Source of the DNA: Candidatus Omnitrophota bacterium
GTDB lineage: Bacteria; Omnitrophota; Gorgyraeia; JACQQV01
Direction: 5' to 3'
NCBI GenBank assembly: GCA_016206785.1
Contig: JACQQV010000010.1
Location: 302 to 64,301, forward strand
Length of the DNA: 64,000 nucleotides
The notes under the pieces were generated by a model. That model had not been told where the DNA came from, ran no database searches, and saw nothing but the letters and a program-made list of their open reading frames with translations. Positions 8,336-18,009 of the stretch are shown piece after piece; position 1 is the stretch's first letter; each line of letters begins with the position of its first letter. The position numbers and the translations under genes are program-made.

Positions 8336-9070
8336 ATGCAGATCAAAGGGAGCGTGGCACTCATCACAGGATCCGCGGGGCGGATCGGCCGTTCCGTGGC
8401 CCTCTCTCTCGCAGAAAAAGGGGCACACCTTGTCATCCACTATCGCTCCTCCGTCAAAGAGGCTGAGGAGACGGTGCGGAGGTGCCATCGATTCGGGGTC
8501 CGTGCCATTTCTCTGCGAGCCGATCTCACCAAGGTGAATGAAGTGGACCTCCTCTTTCAACGGGCGCTCCATACGTTCGGAACCATTGATCTTTTAATCA
8601 ATAACGCGGCTGTTTTTTTCAAAACCCCTCTTTCGACGTGTACCGAAGCGGATTGGGACAATACCTTAGATACCAATCTCAAAGGAAGTTTTCTCTGTGC
8701 CCAGCGGGCGGGAAAGATCATGGCCAAAAAGGGCTTTGGAAAAATCATCAATATTGCGGATTGGAGTGGCATCCGTCCTTACGTTGATTATCTTCCTTAT
8801 TGTGTGTCAAAGGCGGGGGTGATTGCACTCACCAAGGCCTTAGCCCTTGAACTCGCCCCGAAGATCCAGGTCACCTGCATTGCTCCAGGTCCCATCCTTC
8901 TTCCCAAGAATTTTTCGAAGGAAGAGGCGAGAAAAATAAAGGGGAAAGTTCCCCTTAAACGGATTGGTACGCCGGAAGATATCGTCCGGACGGTTCATTT
9001 TTTGGTGGAAGGATCCGATTTCATTACCGGCTCGACACTTGTGGTAGACGGCGGGGAGTTGATTGCGTAG
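8336..9070 (+). CDS. SDR oxidoreductase, pteridine reductase/FolM-like
   Basis: TGSAGRIG (the Arg is typical of pteridine reductases), NNAAVF, YCVSK and APGPIL motifs; directly upstream of queD. Confidence 0.8.
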   Translation: MQIKGSVALITGSAGRIGRSVALSLAEKGAHLVIHYRSSVKEAEETVRRCHRFGVRAISLRADLTKVNEVDLLFQRALHTFGTIDLLINNAAVFFKTPLSTCTEADWDNTLDTNLKGSFLCAQRAGKIMAKKGFGKIINIADWSGIRPYVDYLPYCVSKAGVIALTKALALELAPKIQVTCIAPGPILLPKNFSKEEARKIKGKVPLKRIGTPEDIVRTVHFLVEGSDFITGSTLVVDGGELIA

Positions 9071-9111
9071 GCGGGTGGCGAGGCGCAAGGGCGCCGAGCC
9101 AGGACCCGCCT
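9069..9111. repeat. GC-rich intergenic hairpin
   Basis: AGGCGGGT pairs with ACCCGCCT and encloses GGCGC-AAGG-GCGCC. Confidence 0.5.
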
Positions 9112-9121
9112 GGGGAGATCT

Positions 9122-9523
9122 ATGTATCGGGTGACGCGGGAAATTTATTTTTGTTACGGCCACCGGCTCTTAAACTACGACGGCAAGTGCCGGAATCTGC
9201 ATGGCCATAATGGAAAGGTGGAGGTGGAACTCGCCTCAGAGAAGCTGGATGAGCGGGGAATGGTGTATGACTTCAAGGACATCAAATCAGTCATTCAAAA
9301 ATGGATCGACGAGAATCTGGACCACCGGATGATTTTAAACCGTAAGGACCCGATCCTGCCGGCCCTCCAGAAAGCCAAAGAACCGCTTTATCTTGTCGAT
9401 GAGAATCCGACGGCAGAGACAATCGCAAAACTCATCTATGACTACGCGGATTCCCAGGGTTTCCCTGTGACCGAGGTCCGCCTCTGGGAAACCGAGCACT
9501 CCTTCGCGACCTACCGTAAATAG
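9122..9523 (+). CDS. queD: 6-carboxytetrahydropterin synthase
   Basis: FCYGHRL, CRNLHGHN, NPTAE and LWET motifs. Confidence 0.92.
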   Translation: MYRVTREIYFCYGHRLLNYDGKCRNLHGHNGKVEVELASEKLDERGMVYDFKDIKSVIQKWIDENLDHRMILNRKDPILPALQKAKEPLYLVDENPTAETIAKLIYDYADSQGFPVTEVRLWETEHSFATYRK

Positions 9524-9579
9524 GGACTAAGTCCCTCCTTCTTAGGGGATAGGTCTAAGCGTAAAAGGGACTTAGTCCC
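9523..9579. repeat. 57-bp element bounded by GGGACTWAGTCCC palindromes (copy A)
   Basis: GGGACTAAGTCCC-31 nt-GGGACTTAGTCCC; homologous to 29452-29508 in the opposite orientation. Confidence 0.8.
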
Positions 9580-9586
9580 GCTTTGC

Positions 9587-10051
9587 CTACCCGAGCGTCT
9601 GGAGGATTTCCTCGATGTGACCGTCGACCTTCACCTTTGGAAAAATCTTTCTGATCTTTCCGTCTTTTCCAATCACGAAAGTTGTCCGCTCAATCCCCAT
9701 AAAAAGCTTTCCGTAGAGAGATTTTTCTTTATAGACCCCGTAGGCGGAGGTCATCTTCTTCTCGGGATCGCTTAAAAGCGTAAAGGGAAGATTGTATTTA
9801 TCACGGAATTTGTCGTGGCTTTCCAATGAATCGTGGCTCACTCCGAGAACGACCGCTTCTTTGGCTAAAATGCGTCTGAGATTATCCCGGAAATCGCACG
9901 CCTCGCGGGTGCAGCCCGGCGTATCGTCCTTGGGGTAGAAATAGAGAATCACATGCTTCCCGCGAAAATCCTTTAAGGCAATTTCTTTCCCTTCCGTCGA
10001 TCTCACCTTAAAATCGGGCGCAAGATCCCCTTCTTTTAATTCTTTCGCCAT
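9587..10051 (-). CDS. bcp: Peroxiredoxin Bcp
   Basis: YFYPKDDTPGCTREACDFRD motif. Confidence 0.95.
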   Translation of the reverse strand: MAKELKEGDLAPDFKVRSTEGKEIALKDFRGKHVILYFYPKDDTPGCTREACDFRDNLRRILAKEAVVLGVSHDSLESHDKFRDKYNLPFTLLSDPEKKMTSAYGVYKEKSLYGKLFMGIERTTFVIGKDGKIRKIFPKVKVDGHIEEILQTLG

Positions 10052-10065
10052 CGATAACCTCCTTG

Positions 10066-11451
10066 TTATTTTCCTGCAAGTTTCAAAGGGTCAAGAATCT
10101 TACGAACCTTTGCGGGGGGCAGCCCACTTAATTTTGCTGCAGCTTCACGAATCGGGCGATGGGTCCGAACCGCCTCCTTGACAATCTTTGCGGCCTTGAG
10201 GTACCCGATATGAGGATTAAGTGCCGTGGCGAGGGAAACGGTCTTTTCTGCATAAGAAAGGCATTTTGCGCGATTGGCCTGGATACCGTCGATGCATCGG
10301 GTGGCAAAGACCGTCGTGCACTGGGTCAAGAGTTTGATCGATTCCAAAAGGTTGTAGGCAATGAGCGGTATCATGACATTCAGTTCCAGTTGTCCCGCCT
10401 GTGAGGCCATAAGAACCGCTGTATCATGGCCGATCACCTGAAAAGCGACCATATTCGTCATTTCACACATGACCGGATTCACCTTCCCCGGCATGATGGA
10501 GGAACCGGGTTGGACCGGAGGAAGGAGGATCTCATCAAAACCGGTCTGGGGACCTGAACTGAGGAGACGGAGGTCATTCGCGATCTTGGTGAGATCCACC
10601 GCCAAAATTCGGAGGGCGGAAGAGACGTTCAAAAAATCTGCCATATTTTGCATGATCTCAACAAGGTCTTCCGCTTCTCGGAGAGGCCAATGGGTAATCT
10701 CCCGCAAGATCCGCACGACTTTCCGTCGATAGGGAGGATAGGCATTGAGTCCTGTTCCGGCAGCGGTTCCTCCGATATTGAGTTCCAAAAGATCCTCTTT
10801 CGCCTTCCGAATGCGCCGACGCGATTTCCGGATCATCCCTTCGAAGGCACCGAAATCCCTTCCCAGCCGGATCGGAACCGCATCCTGAAGATGGGTCCGC
10901 GCCGATTTCACAATCGAATAAAAAGCGACCGCTTTCCGATGAAAGGAAGATTCCAGGTGTTTGAGAGAACTGTCGAGCGCTTCCAAAAGGGGTAGAGCCG
11001 CCAGACGGATCGCTGTCGGGATCACGTCATTCGTGGACTGGGCTTTGTTCACATGGTCATTCGGGTTCACAAGACGGTAATCCCCCCGACGACCGCGCAA
11101 GATCTCGATCGCCCGATTGGCGATCACTTCGTTCATATTCATATTGAAGGAAGTGCCTGCGCCCGCTTGATAGATATCGACAACAAATTGGTCTTTGAGA
11201 CCTCCGCGTATGATTTCCTGAGAAGCCTTTAGGATCGCACGTGCAATCTTGGGAGAAAGCTGCTTGCATTCCAGGTGAGTCTTACAAGCGGCATACTTGA
11301 TCTGAGCGAGGGCCACGACCATCTCGTGGCGAAGAGTCCGACCGCTGATCGGAAAATTCTCACGGGCACGTTCGGTCTGGATTCCGTAATAGACGTTGGC
11401 AGGTAGGAATTTCTTTCCTAAGGCGTCTTCCTCGATGCGTCGCTTTTTCAT
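10066..11451 (-). CDS. aspA: Aspartate ammonia-lyase (fumarase/aspartase family)
   Basis: GAGTSFNMNMNEV, RTHLQDAVP and GSSIMPGKVNP motifs. Confidence 0.85.
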   Translation of the reverse strand: MKKRRIEEDALGKKFLPANVYYGIQTERARENFPISGRTLRHEMVVALAQIKYAACKTHLECKQLSPKIARAILKASQEIIRGGLKDQFVVDIYQAGAGTSFNMNMNEVIANRAIEILRGRRGDYRLVNPNDHVNKAQSTNDVIPTAIRLAALPLLEALDSSLKHLESSFHRKAVAFYSIVKSARTHLQDAVPIRLGRDFGAFEGMIRKSRRRIRKAKEDLLELNIGGTAAGTGLNAYPPYRRKVVRILREITHWPLREAEDLVEIMQNMADFLNVSSALRILAVDLTKIANDLRLLSSGPQTGFDEILLPPVQPGSSIMPGKVNPVMCEMTNMVAFQVIGHDTAVLMASQAGQLELNVMIPLIAYNLLESIKLLTQCTTVFATRCIDGIQANRAKCLSYAEKTVSLATALNPHIGYLKAAKIVKEAVRTHRPIREAAAKLSGLPPAKVRKILDPLKLAGK

Positions 11452-12443
11452 GATGAGGGTACCGATCCCCCCTTCTTCAGTTGGGAAGCTACTTCCGACA
11501 GGACCATTGCGATTGCACGGTCCCCTCCCTTTTCGATCTTGCAGCCGGCGGTGTCATAATGTCCACCTCCGCCAAATTTCTGTGCAATCGTGGCGACATC
11601 GATCTCCCCGCGCGAACGGAGGCTTACCCGGAGGGTCCCATCTTCCTGTTCCCGAAAGAAGGCGGTCACCCATACCCCCTCAATGGTCCGGATCGCATCG
11701 GCCACATCATCGACATCGCTTTCCTTTCCGCCCAACTCTGCAAAGTCTTCCTGACGCAGGACAGACCATGCAAGTCTTCCCTCGCAATCTAAGATCACAC
11801 GGGAGAGGCTTAGACCAAAGAGACGAAAAGCGGTGACATCCTTTTTCCAAAAGACTTCCTGAACAAAATTTGAAAAGTCGACCCCTTTATTGAGAAGTTC
11901 GGCGCACATGTGGAAGGTGCGGTCGGTCACATTGGGAAGACGAAAAGAACTTGTCTCGACGACAAGCGAGGTCAAAAGACATTTGGCAATCGTCAAATCA
12001 ATTTCCACCCCCAATGCATTGAGGAGGTGATAGACCTCTTCTCCAGCCGCAGCAAGACTTGAGTCAATCAGAAGGTAATCGCCAAAACGATTCCCGACAT
12101 CGTGATGATCGATCTGGAGGATTTTCTTGGAACGGGCGAATGCCTTCTGCGTGGTCCCCAAAAGCTCCAGGGCCCCGCAGTCGACGGAGATGGCGAGATC
12201 AACCCCTTCTTCGTAGGAGGTGAGCACACGGTCTGCCCCTGGAAGGGATTTGTACCTTTCCGGAACGCCGTCTTGACTCACCATGATGACCTCTTTATTC
12301 AGCCGTTCCAATCCAAGCCCTAAGGCGAGGAGCGAACCGATGGTGTCTCCGTCGGGGTTGATGTGACTGGCGACCAAGACTTTTCGGGAACGCTGGATGC
12401 ACTCTGTTGCCTTTTCAAGATCCCGTGCGAGAATAGGTTTCAT
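11448..12443 (-). CDS. nrnA: DHH/DHHA1 phosphoesterase, NrnA-like
   Basis: HINPDGD, IDHH and GGGGH motifs. Confidence 0.88.
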   Translation of the reverse strand: MKPILARDLEKATECIQRSRKVLVASHINPDGDTIGSLLALGLGLERLNKEVIMVSQDGVPERYKSLPGADRVLTSYEEGVDLAISVDCGALELLGTTQKAFARSKKILQIDHHDVGNRFGDYLLIDSSLAAAGEEVYHLLNALGVEIDLTIAKCLLTSLVVETSSFRLPNVTDRTFHMCAELLNKGVDFSNFVQEVFWKKDVTAFRLFGLSLSRVILDCEGRLAWSVLRQEDFAELGGKESDVDDVADAIRTIEGVWVTAFFREQEDGTLRVSLRSRGEIDVATIAQKFGGGGHYDTAGCKIEKGGDRAIAMVLSEVASQLKKGGSVPSS

Positions 12444-12452
12444 GAACGTGGC

Positions 12453-13295
12453 TTAGCGGTAAGCGGTGAGGATATCGTCAAACTTAGGCATCCCCTTGGA
12501 CTCTGCACGATGTACTGTCGCCATCACACTTTCTTCGAAGGTCGGACGACTTTCCTGATAGAAGAGTCCCATATAAAGATGTTCCGTATCCAGTGCGAGT
12601 TTAAAGGCCTCTGCCTTGTCTTTGACATTGTGTGTTGCGGGAACAGAAGCCAGTTTTTGGGGGATCATCTTATAGGTGTCATAAAAAGTGATGCAAGGAG
12701 AGATGGCGTCGATAAAGGCAAATCCTTCGTGCTGCACCGCTTTGACGATCAAATCCACCAATTCCTTCGGTTTCCCTGAATAGGCCCGCGCAACGAAAGT
12801 TGCTCCGTAGGTAATGGCAAAGGCGATCGGGTTGATCGGGGCTTCTACGTTTCCGTAAGGGGTGGAACCGCTCGTGTGGCCGATCTGGCTTGTCGGAGAG
12901 ACCTGCCCCTTCGTAAGACCGTAGGTTTCATTGTCCATAATAATATAGGTGATGTCCAGATTCCGACGGGCTGCATGCGGAATATGCCCACCTCCGATGG
13001 CAAAGCCATCTCCATCGCCGCCCACGGCGACCACCGTCAGTTCCGGATTCGCCAATCTTACTCCCATGCTGACCGGCAAGGTCCGGCCATGCACCACATG
13101 GAATCCATAGGCCTTGACATACGCGGGAAGCCGGCCGGAGCAGCCGATCCCGGAAACAAAAACGAGTTTCGTCGGGTCCAGTTGGAGGGCATGCATCGCC
13201 TTGTAAAGGGCACTCAGCACCCCAAAATCGCCACATCCCGGACACCATACCGGATGAACATCGCTCTTATACGTTTCCAAAGGGATTTCAGCCAT
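12453..13295 (-). CDS. 2-oxoacid:ferredoxin oxidoreductase beta subunit
   Basis: WCPGCGDF, GIGCSGR, GGDGD and YGLTKGQ TPP-binding motifs. Confidence 0.93.
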   Translation of the reverse strand: MAEIPLETYKSDVHPVWCPGCGDFGVLSALYKAMHALQLDPTKLVFVSGIGCSGRLPAYVKAYGFHVVHGRTLPVSMGVRLANPELTVVAVGGDGDGFAIGGGHIPHAARRNLDITYIIMDNETYGLTKGQVSPTSQIGHTSGSTPYGNVEAPINPIAFAITYGATFVARAYSGKPKELVDLIVKAVQHEGFAFIDAISPCITFYDTYKMIPQKLASVPATHNVKDKAEAFKLALDTEHLYMGLFYQESRPTFEESVMATVHRAESKGMPKFDDILTAYR

Positions 13296-15018
13296 GTTGA
13301 TGAACCTCCTTCATCTTCGCTAAAATTTCTTCGGGTGTAAAGGGAAGACCACCGCATTTATTGAGTTGCGCAATCGGTTCAAAGGGGACATGGGCCCGCA
13401 AGAGACTTGCGAACTGTCCTGTAAAATTAATCTCCGGAATGATGAGAACTTTGGCCTTTTTCAAAAAATCCTTAACCCGCTGGGTCGGGAAAGGTTTCAG
13501 AAGCTTCGGATGAAGTGCCCCGACGGAATTTCCTTCTTCCCGGGCCCGCTCTACCGCCTCGCGGATGACTCCCTCCGAGGATCCCCATCCGATAATGGCG
13601 ATCTCCGGTTGCTCCAACCCGTACACCTTTGCAATCTCATTGGACGTTTTCTCAAGCATGCGAAGTTTACGATGACGTTTCTCTGTCATGACCTCATGGT
13701 TGTGCGGTTCGAAGCTAAGTTCCGCCGCCTCGTCATGCTCAAGTCCCGTCGCCGTGTAGAATCCCCCCGCGTCTCCCGGAATGGCCATGGGGCTCACCCC
13801 TGTCTCAGTCAGGATATATCGTTTATAACTTGCCAACTGTTCCGGCGTGGGCCGAAGTCTCTCCCTGACTTCTACACTCTGAAAATTGGACCGTTCCACC
13901 GACGCCATCCGATGAGCCAAATATTGATCCGAAAGGACGAGGACCGGTATCTGATATTCTTCAGCGATATTGAGCGCACGGATAATCCCCTGGAAACAAT
14001 CGGCCACACTGGTCAAGGCCAAGACCACTCTTGGGGAATCACCATGCCCGCCGTAAAGGGCGAGGTTCAAATCTCCCTGTTCTGTCTTGGTGGGTAGTCC
14101 CGTACTCGGCCCGCCGCGTTGACAGTCGATGACGACACAAGGAATCTCCGTCATGGTCGCAAGCCCTAAAAATTCTGTCATAAGCGAAAAACCCGGTCCG
14201 GCCGTTGCCGTCATCGCCTTTTTCCCTGCGAAGGACGCCCCCAAGACCGTTCCGATCGCGGCAATCTCATCTTCGGTCTGCACCACCACACCCCCCACCT
14301 TCGGAAGCTCCCGCGCGAGCCATTCCATGATATCGGTCGCCGGCGTGATCGGATACCCTGCATAAACCTTTAATCCCGCCGCCACAGCACCCAGGGCCAT
14401 CGCTTCATTCCCCGTCATGACGACCACATCTCTTTTGCGGGTCACCGGCTCAAGCCGATACGGGTCCGTCTTTTTCACATGCTGGACCGCATAATCGAAT
14501 CCGGCTTTCAAGGCTTGAATATTTTTGATAAAGACCTCTTCCCCTTTTTTCTTGAATTTTTCTGAAATGAGGCCTTCAAATCTCTCAAGGGGGATATTGA
14601 AAAGTTGCGAAAGGACGCCGAGCGCAACGACATTTTTGCTGAATTTAAGACCGATTCTCTCCACTGCGATCTTGGTGAGAGGCACACCATATCCGATACA
14701 GGAATTGGTGTCTGGGGGAGGCGAGAAACTGTCGCTGTCGTATAGGAGAACGCCGTTTACTTTGAGGAATTTAAAATGACGATCGTACGCCTCTTGGTTA
14801 AAAGCAAGAAGGACATCAATTTTATCTCCTTGGGACAAGAGAAGGTGGTCGCTCACCCTCACTTGAAAATTTGCATGTCCTCCCTTGATTTCCGCCGGAT
14901 AGGTACGAAAGGTGTAGATCTCGTAATCGGCCCGTGCCAGGGCGCGGGTCAGAAGTTCTCCCGTAGAGATGACTCCTTCTCCTCCCTCTCCTCCGATGCG
15001 AAAGACGATGTCATTCAT
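13288..15018 (-). CDS. 2-oxoacid:ferredoxin oxidoreductase alpha subunit (fused gamma domain)
   Basis: GGEGGEG, YPAEIKGG, GYPITPAT and QRGGPSTGLPT motifs. Confidence 0.93.
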   Translation of the reverse strand: MNDIVFRIGGEGGEGVISTGELLTRALARADYEIYTFRTYPAEIKGGHANFQVRVSDHLLLSQGDKIDVLLAFNQEAYDRHFKFLKVNGVLLYDSDSFSPPPDTNSCIGYGVPLTKIAVERIGLKFSKNVVALGVLSQLFNIPLERFEGLISEKFKKKGEEVFIKNIQALKAGFDYAVQHVKKTDPYRLEPVTRKRDVVVMTGNEAMALGAVAAGLKVYAGYPITPATDIMEWLARELPKVGGVVVQTEDEIAAIGTVLGASFAGKKAMTATAGPGFSLMTEFLGLATMTEIPCVVIDCQRGGPSTGLPTKTEQGDLNLALYGGHGDSPRVVLALTSVADCFQGIIRALNIAEEYQIPVLVLSDQYLAHRMASVERSNFQSVEVRERLRPTPEQLASYKRYILTETGVSPMAIPGDAGGFYTATGLEHDEAAELSFEPHNHEVMTEKRHRKLRMLEKTSNEIAKVYGLEQPEIAIIGWGSSEGVIREAVERAREEGNSVGALHPKLLKPFPTQRVKDFLKKAKVLIIPEINFTGQFASLLRAHVPFEPIAQLNKCGGLPFTPEEILAKMKEVHQHG

Positions 15019-15021
15019 CTC

Positions 15022-15750
15022 TTAAAGCCCCAGCCCTTTCAATAAGGTCTCAATCGTTTGGGATGTCCCGATCATCAGAGGGGTGTCCCTCACCACATAA
15101 CGGCTCCCTTCTGTCTCCCGAAGCCGCTGAACCAAATTCTCAAAATCGGAGGGATCATCCGCTTCAAAGGCGAGCATAAATTCCTGATCGCCCAGCCCAA
15201 ACGAATAGGTCGTGTTGAGCCGCACCGTCGGATATTCATGCGCGACCCGCAAATGTTCGTTCATGATCGCCTGGCGTTTTTCAAATGGGAGAAGATACCA
15301 CTCCCGTGACTTCACAAAAGGATAGACAAAGATGAATCTCTTGGGGGGATCGTCCTTTTCAAACGCCTGCTGGTGTGGAAGTGCGTAGGGGGATGGTTTT
15401 TTCATCGCCACAAAACTGTAGGCAAGGGACACATATTTCCCGAAGGGAGTTCGATAAAGGTTCCCCACGAATTCCTGAACCTTTTCAAGGTCTTCCGTAA
15501 TGACCCAAAGGAGAAAATCGACCTCCTGCCGAAGCCCGAGTGTCAGATACGGTCTAATCCTTATCAGGCGTTCGCTCTCCTTGAGGAATCGTTCGAAAGC
15601 GCGGGCCGCTTCCTCTTTTTCCCGCTTCGACTGCTGCCGAAAGAGGGGAACCAACTTAAAAAAGAGAAAATCGACATAGAGGGTCTTTTGAACGGCCTCT
15701 TTTATCGCTTTTTTGACTCCTGTTTCTTGTTTCCCTGTTACCGTCGTCAT
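15022..15750 (-). CDS. Chlorite dismutase/coproheme decarboxylase family heme protein
   Basis: YPFVKSREWY...MNEH...YSFGLGDQEF. Confidence 0.85.
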   Translation of the reverse strand: MTTVTGKQETGVKKAIKEAVQKTLYVDFLFFKLVPLFRQQSKREKEEAARAFERFLKESERLIRIRPYLTLGLRQEVDFLLWVITEDLEKVQEFVGNLYRTPFGKYVSLAYSFVAMKKPSPYALPHQQAFEKDDPPKRFIFVYPFVKSREWYLLPFEKRQAIMNEHLRVAHEYPTVRLNTTYSFGLGDQEFMLAFEADDPSDFENLVQRLRETEGSRYVVRDTPLMIGTSQTIETLLKGLGL

Positions 15751-16734
15751 TTAAAGACGCATCCTTTCAAGTTCTTCGTTTGTAAACAGATGCAAAACAG
15801 GCAACCGGCGTTCCCCTTCACGATAAGAGAAAAGAAGTTCCTGTTTCTCGCGTTCCTCCGGCTCTCCGTACCGAAGCGTGAGGCTCGCTACCGCCCGCTC
15901 ACTCTCCAGACTCTCTTCTCCCACGATAAGCGTCGAAGGTCCCGGAAAATCCACAGGGCGGAAAAGGGGCCGCTGAGTTCCGTAATATTCCAAAATATCA
16001 TTCTCTGATTCATTCCTGCCGACGATCAACTTCGTCACGGGATTGAGTCGGAAATGCCTCCCGATCCGCAAAAGTTCCATCTCCTCAATCGTTGGATGAA
16101 CCGAGTGTTCCAGAAGATCCTTCACCCGTCGCGAGAAAGCCTCATCCGTCAAGAGACACCCCCCTGCGGGAGTCGGATAGTTCCGGATCCCTTTTTCCTC
16201 TGCAAGGGCCATCTGAATCCGACGGCTCCGTCCGGAAATCCCCAAGAGTTGTGAGCGATCTACAACCCCTTCTTTCTCCGGGATCGTGGGATCGAGCGCG
16301 TGCGCCGAGAGGGGCCGCAGAATCCTCCCCCTAAGATCGCAGTCCCGTTCAATCGTCTTCAGACTCTCGAGCATCTGCGACTTCGGACGCTGCCCCAGCA
16401 CCTCTCCTGTAATGAGAAACGAGGCGCCGATCTCTTCCATATAGGCCTTCGCCTTCCAGTACATGTGAATCCGGCAATCCACACAGGGATTCATCGCCCG
16501 TCCGTATCCGTATTTCGGATGATGGATCACGTCCAGATAATCCTCCTGCATCTTAAAGACCATGATATGAATGCCAAAGAGCTTCGCGGCGGAATAGGCC
16601 GCGGTCCGGTCGCAGCACCCCCACGGCATCGCAAAATGAAGGCCGATGACCTCGATCCCCTGCTCGAGGACAATCTTCGTGGCCAGCGTGCTGTCGAGGC
16701 CGCCGGAGAGAAGCGAAATCGCTTTTCGATTCAT
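15751..16734 (-). CDS. ThiI-like PP-loop tRNA sulfurtransferase
   Basis: SGGLDS, PWGCC, NPCVDCR, TGEVLGQRPKSQ and PAGGCLLT motifs. Confidence 0.75.
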   Translation of the reverse strand: MNRKAISLLSGGLDSTLATKIVLEQGIEVIGLHFAMPWGCCDRTAAYSAAKLFGIHIMVFKMQEDYLDVIHHPKYGYGRAMNPCVDCRIHMYWKAKAYMEEIGASFLITGEVLGQRPKSQMLESLKTIERDCDLRGRILRPLSAHALDPTIPEKEGVVDRSQLLGISGRSRRIQMALAEEKGIRNYPTPAGGCLLTDEAFSRRVKDLLEHSVHPTIEEMELLRIGRHFRLNPVTKLIVGRNESENDILEYYGTQRPLFRPVDFPGPSTLIVGEESLESERAVASLTLRYGEPEEREKQELLFSYREGERRLPVLHLFTNEELERMRL

Positions 16735-17036
16735 ACTTCGATGGAGATGTCTTCCCCTTCCACCTTGACCGGAAAGGTGGCTGTCCGGATCGAAGATTCG
16801 ACGGGGTTTACGCCGCTGGCCACATCATACTGCCAGCCGTGCCAGGGACAGGTGACCACTGTGCCTTCAAGGTATCCTTCTCCCAATGGACCCCCTTGGT
16901 GGACACAGACATTATCGATCGCATAAAATTTTCCATCGCAATTGAAGAGGGCGATTTCTTTTCCTGAAACTTCAATGACCTTTCCAGAACCGTTCGGGAT
17001 CTCACTCATCTTTGCCACCTTCTGGAATGTTCCCAT
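16731..17036 (-). CDS. Rieske 2Fe-2S ferredoxin
   Basis: CVH...CPWHGW motifs. Confidence 0.92.
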   Translation of the reverse strand: MGTFQKVAKMSEIPNGSGKVIEVSGKEIALFNCDGKFYAIDNVCVHQGGPLGEGYLEGTVVTCPWHGWQYDVASGVNPVESSIRTATFPVKVEGEDISIEV

Positions 17037-17037
17037 C

Positions 17038-18009
17038 TTACCCTCCCTGAAGTTCAAGTCTTATTTCATTACGGGCTTCCACCATGACCTTGAGTTTCGC
17101 AAAGGCCTCCTCGGGGGTACGCGTCTTGAGGCCGCAGTCAGGATCCACATAAATCCGTTCGGGTGGAAAAATCTCGAGTGCCTTTTTGATCCCTTTTTTG
17201 ACCTTTTCTTTCGAATCGGTCTCGTGGCGATGAACATCCAAAACCCCCAGCCCGATTTCCTTGGTAAAAGGCTGTTTTTTGAAAAGATCGAGGAGGGCAA
17301 AATCGCGGTTGGCCAGTTCCAAGTCGATTTGATCCACAGCAAGGCTCAGCATCTGGGGATAGATCTTTTCAAAATCGCCGTAGCAGATATGGGTGATTGT
17401 CTTCGCCTTGAGGCCCTTGGTGACAATCTTCATCGCCTCGATCGCCAGATCAATCTCCTCCGGTCGCGTGGAGACCGCAGGTTCATCAATCTGAATATAC
17501 TTTGCGCCCGCCTTCTCGAGATCGGCTGCTTCCTCATGAATGACTTCTGCAAGGTCCAAGGCAAATGCACGACGGGAAGGATAATATTCATCAAAAGACC
17601 AGTCCATGATGGTATAGGGGCCTGTGAGCATTCCCTTGATCGGCTTTTGGGTCAAAGACTGGGCAAAGGTATACCAGGAAACGGTGATGGGGGTCTTGCG
17701 TCGAATCCTTCCAACGGCAACCGGTTTACGATAATACCGATTTCCATAGGAACGGACGAGTCCGCTGATTTTAAATCCTTCCAGCTGTTCTGCAAAATAG
17801 GTGGCCATATCCCCTCGGTACATCTCACCGTCGACCAAGATATCGAGTCCGATCTCCTCCTGCTTTTGGATGACCTCCCGTGTGGCCTGTTGTTCAAGCT
17901 CATGAAGTTTTCCCTTATCCAGTTTTCCCCGATAAAAGTCGTTTCGTGCCTTTTGAAGATAGTCTGGTTTCGGAAAACTTCCGACACTTGTTGTCAAAAG
18001 GGCGCTCAC
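17038..18009 (-). CDS. Cobalamin-independent methionine synthase, catalytic subunit of a split MetE
   Basis: TTSVGSFPKP, IQIDEPA, THICYG and PDCGLKT zinc ligands. The GTG start overlaps the upstream TGA. Confidence 0.85.
   Translation of the reverse strand: MSALLTTSVGSFPKPDYLQKARNDFYRGKLDKGKLHELEQQATREVIQKQEEIGLDILVDGEMYRGDMATYFAEQLEGFKISGLVRSYGNRYYRKPVAVGRIRRKTPITVSWYTFAQSLTQKPIKGMLTGPYTIMDWSFDEYYPSRRAFALDLAEVIHEEAADLEKAGAKYIQIDEPAVSTRPEEIDLAIEAMKIVTKGLKAKTITHICYGDFEKIYPQMLSLAVDQIDLELANRDFALLDLFKKQPFTKEIGLGVLDVHRHETDSKEKVKKGIKKALEIFPPERIYVDPDCGLKTRTPEEAFAKLKVMVEARNEIRLELQGG

Noticed and set aside
9069-9111. preQ1 riboswitch upstream of queD
   Set aside because: A GC-rich hairpin without the preQ1 loop consensus or A-rich tail.
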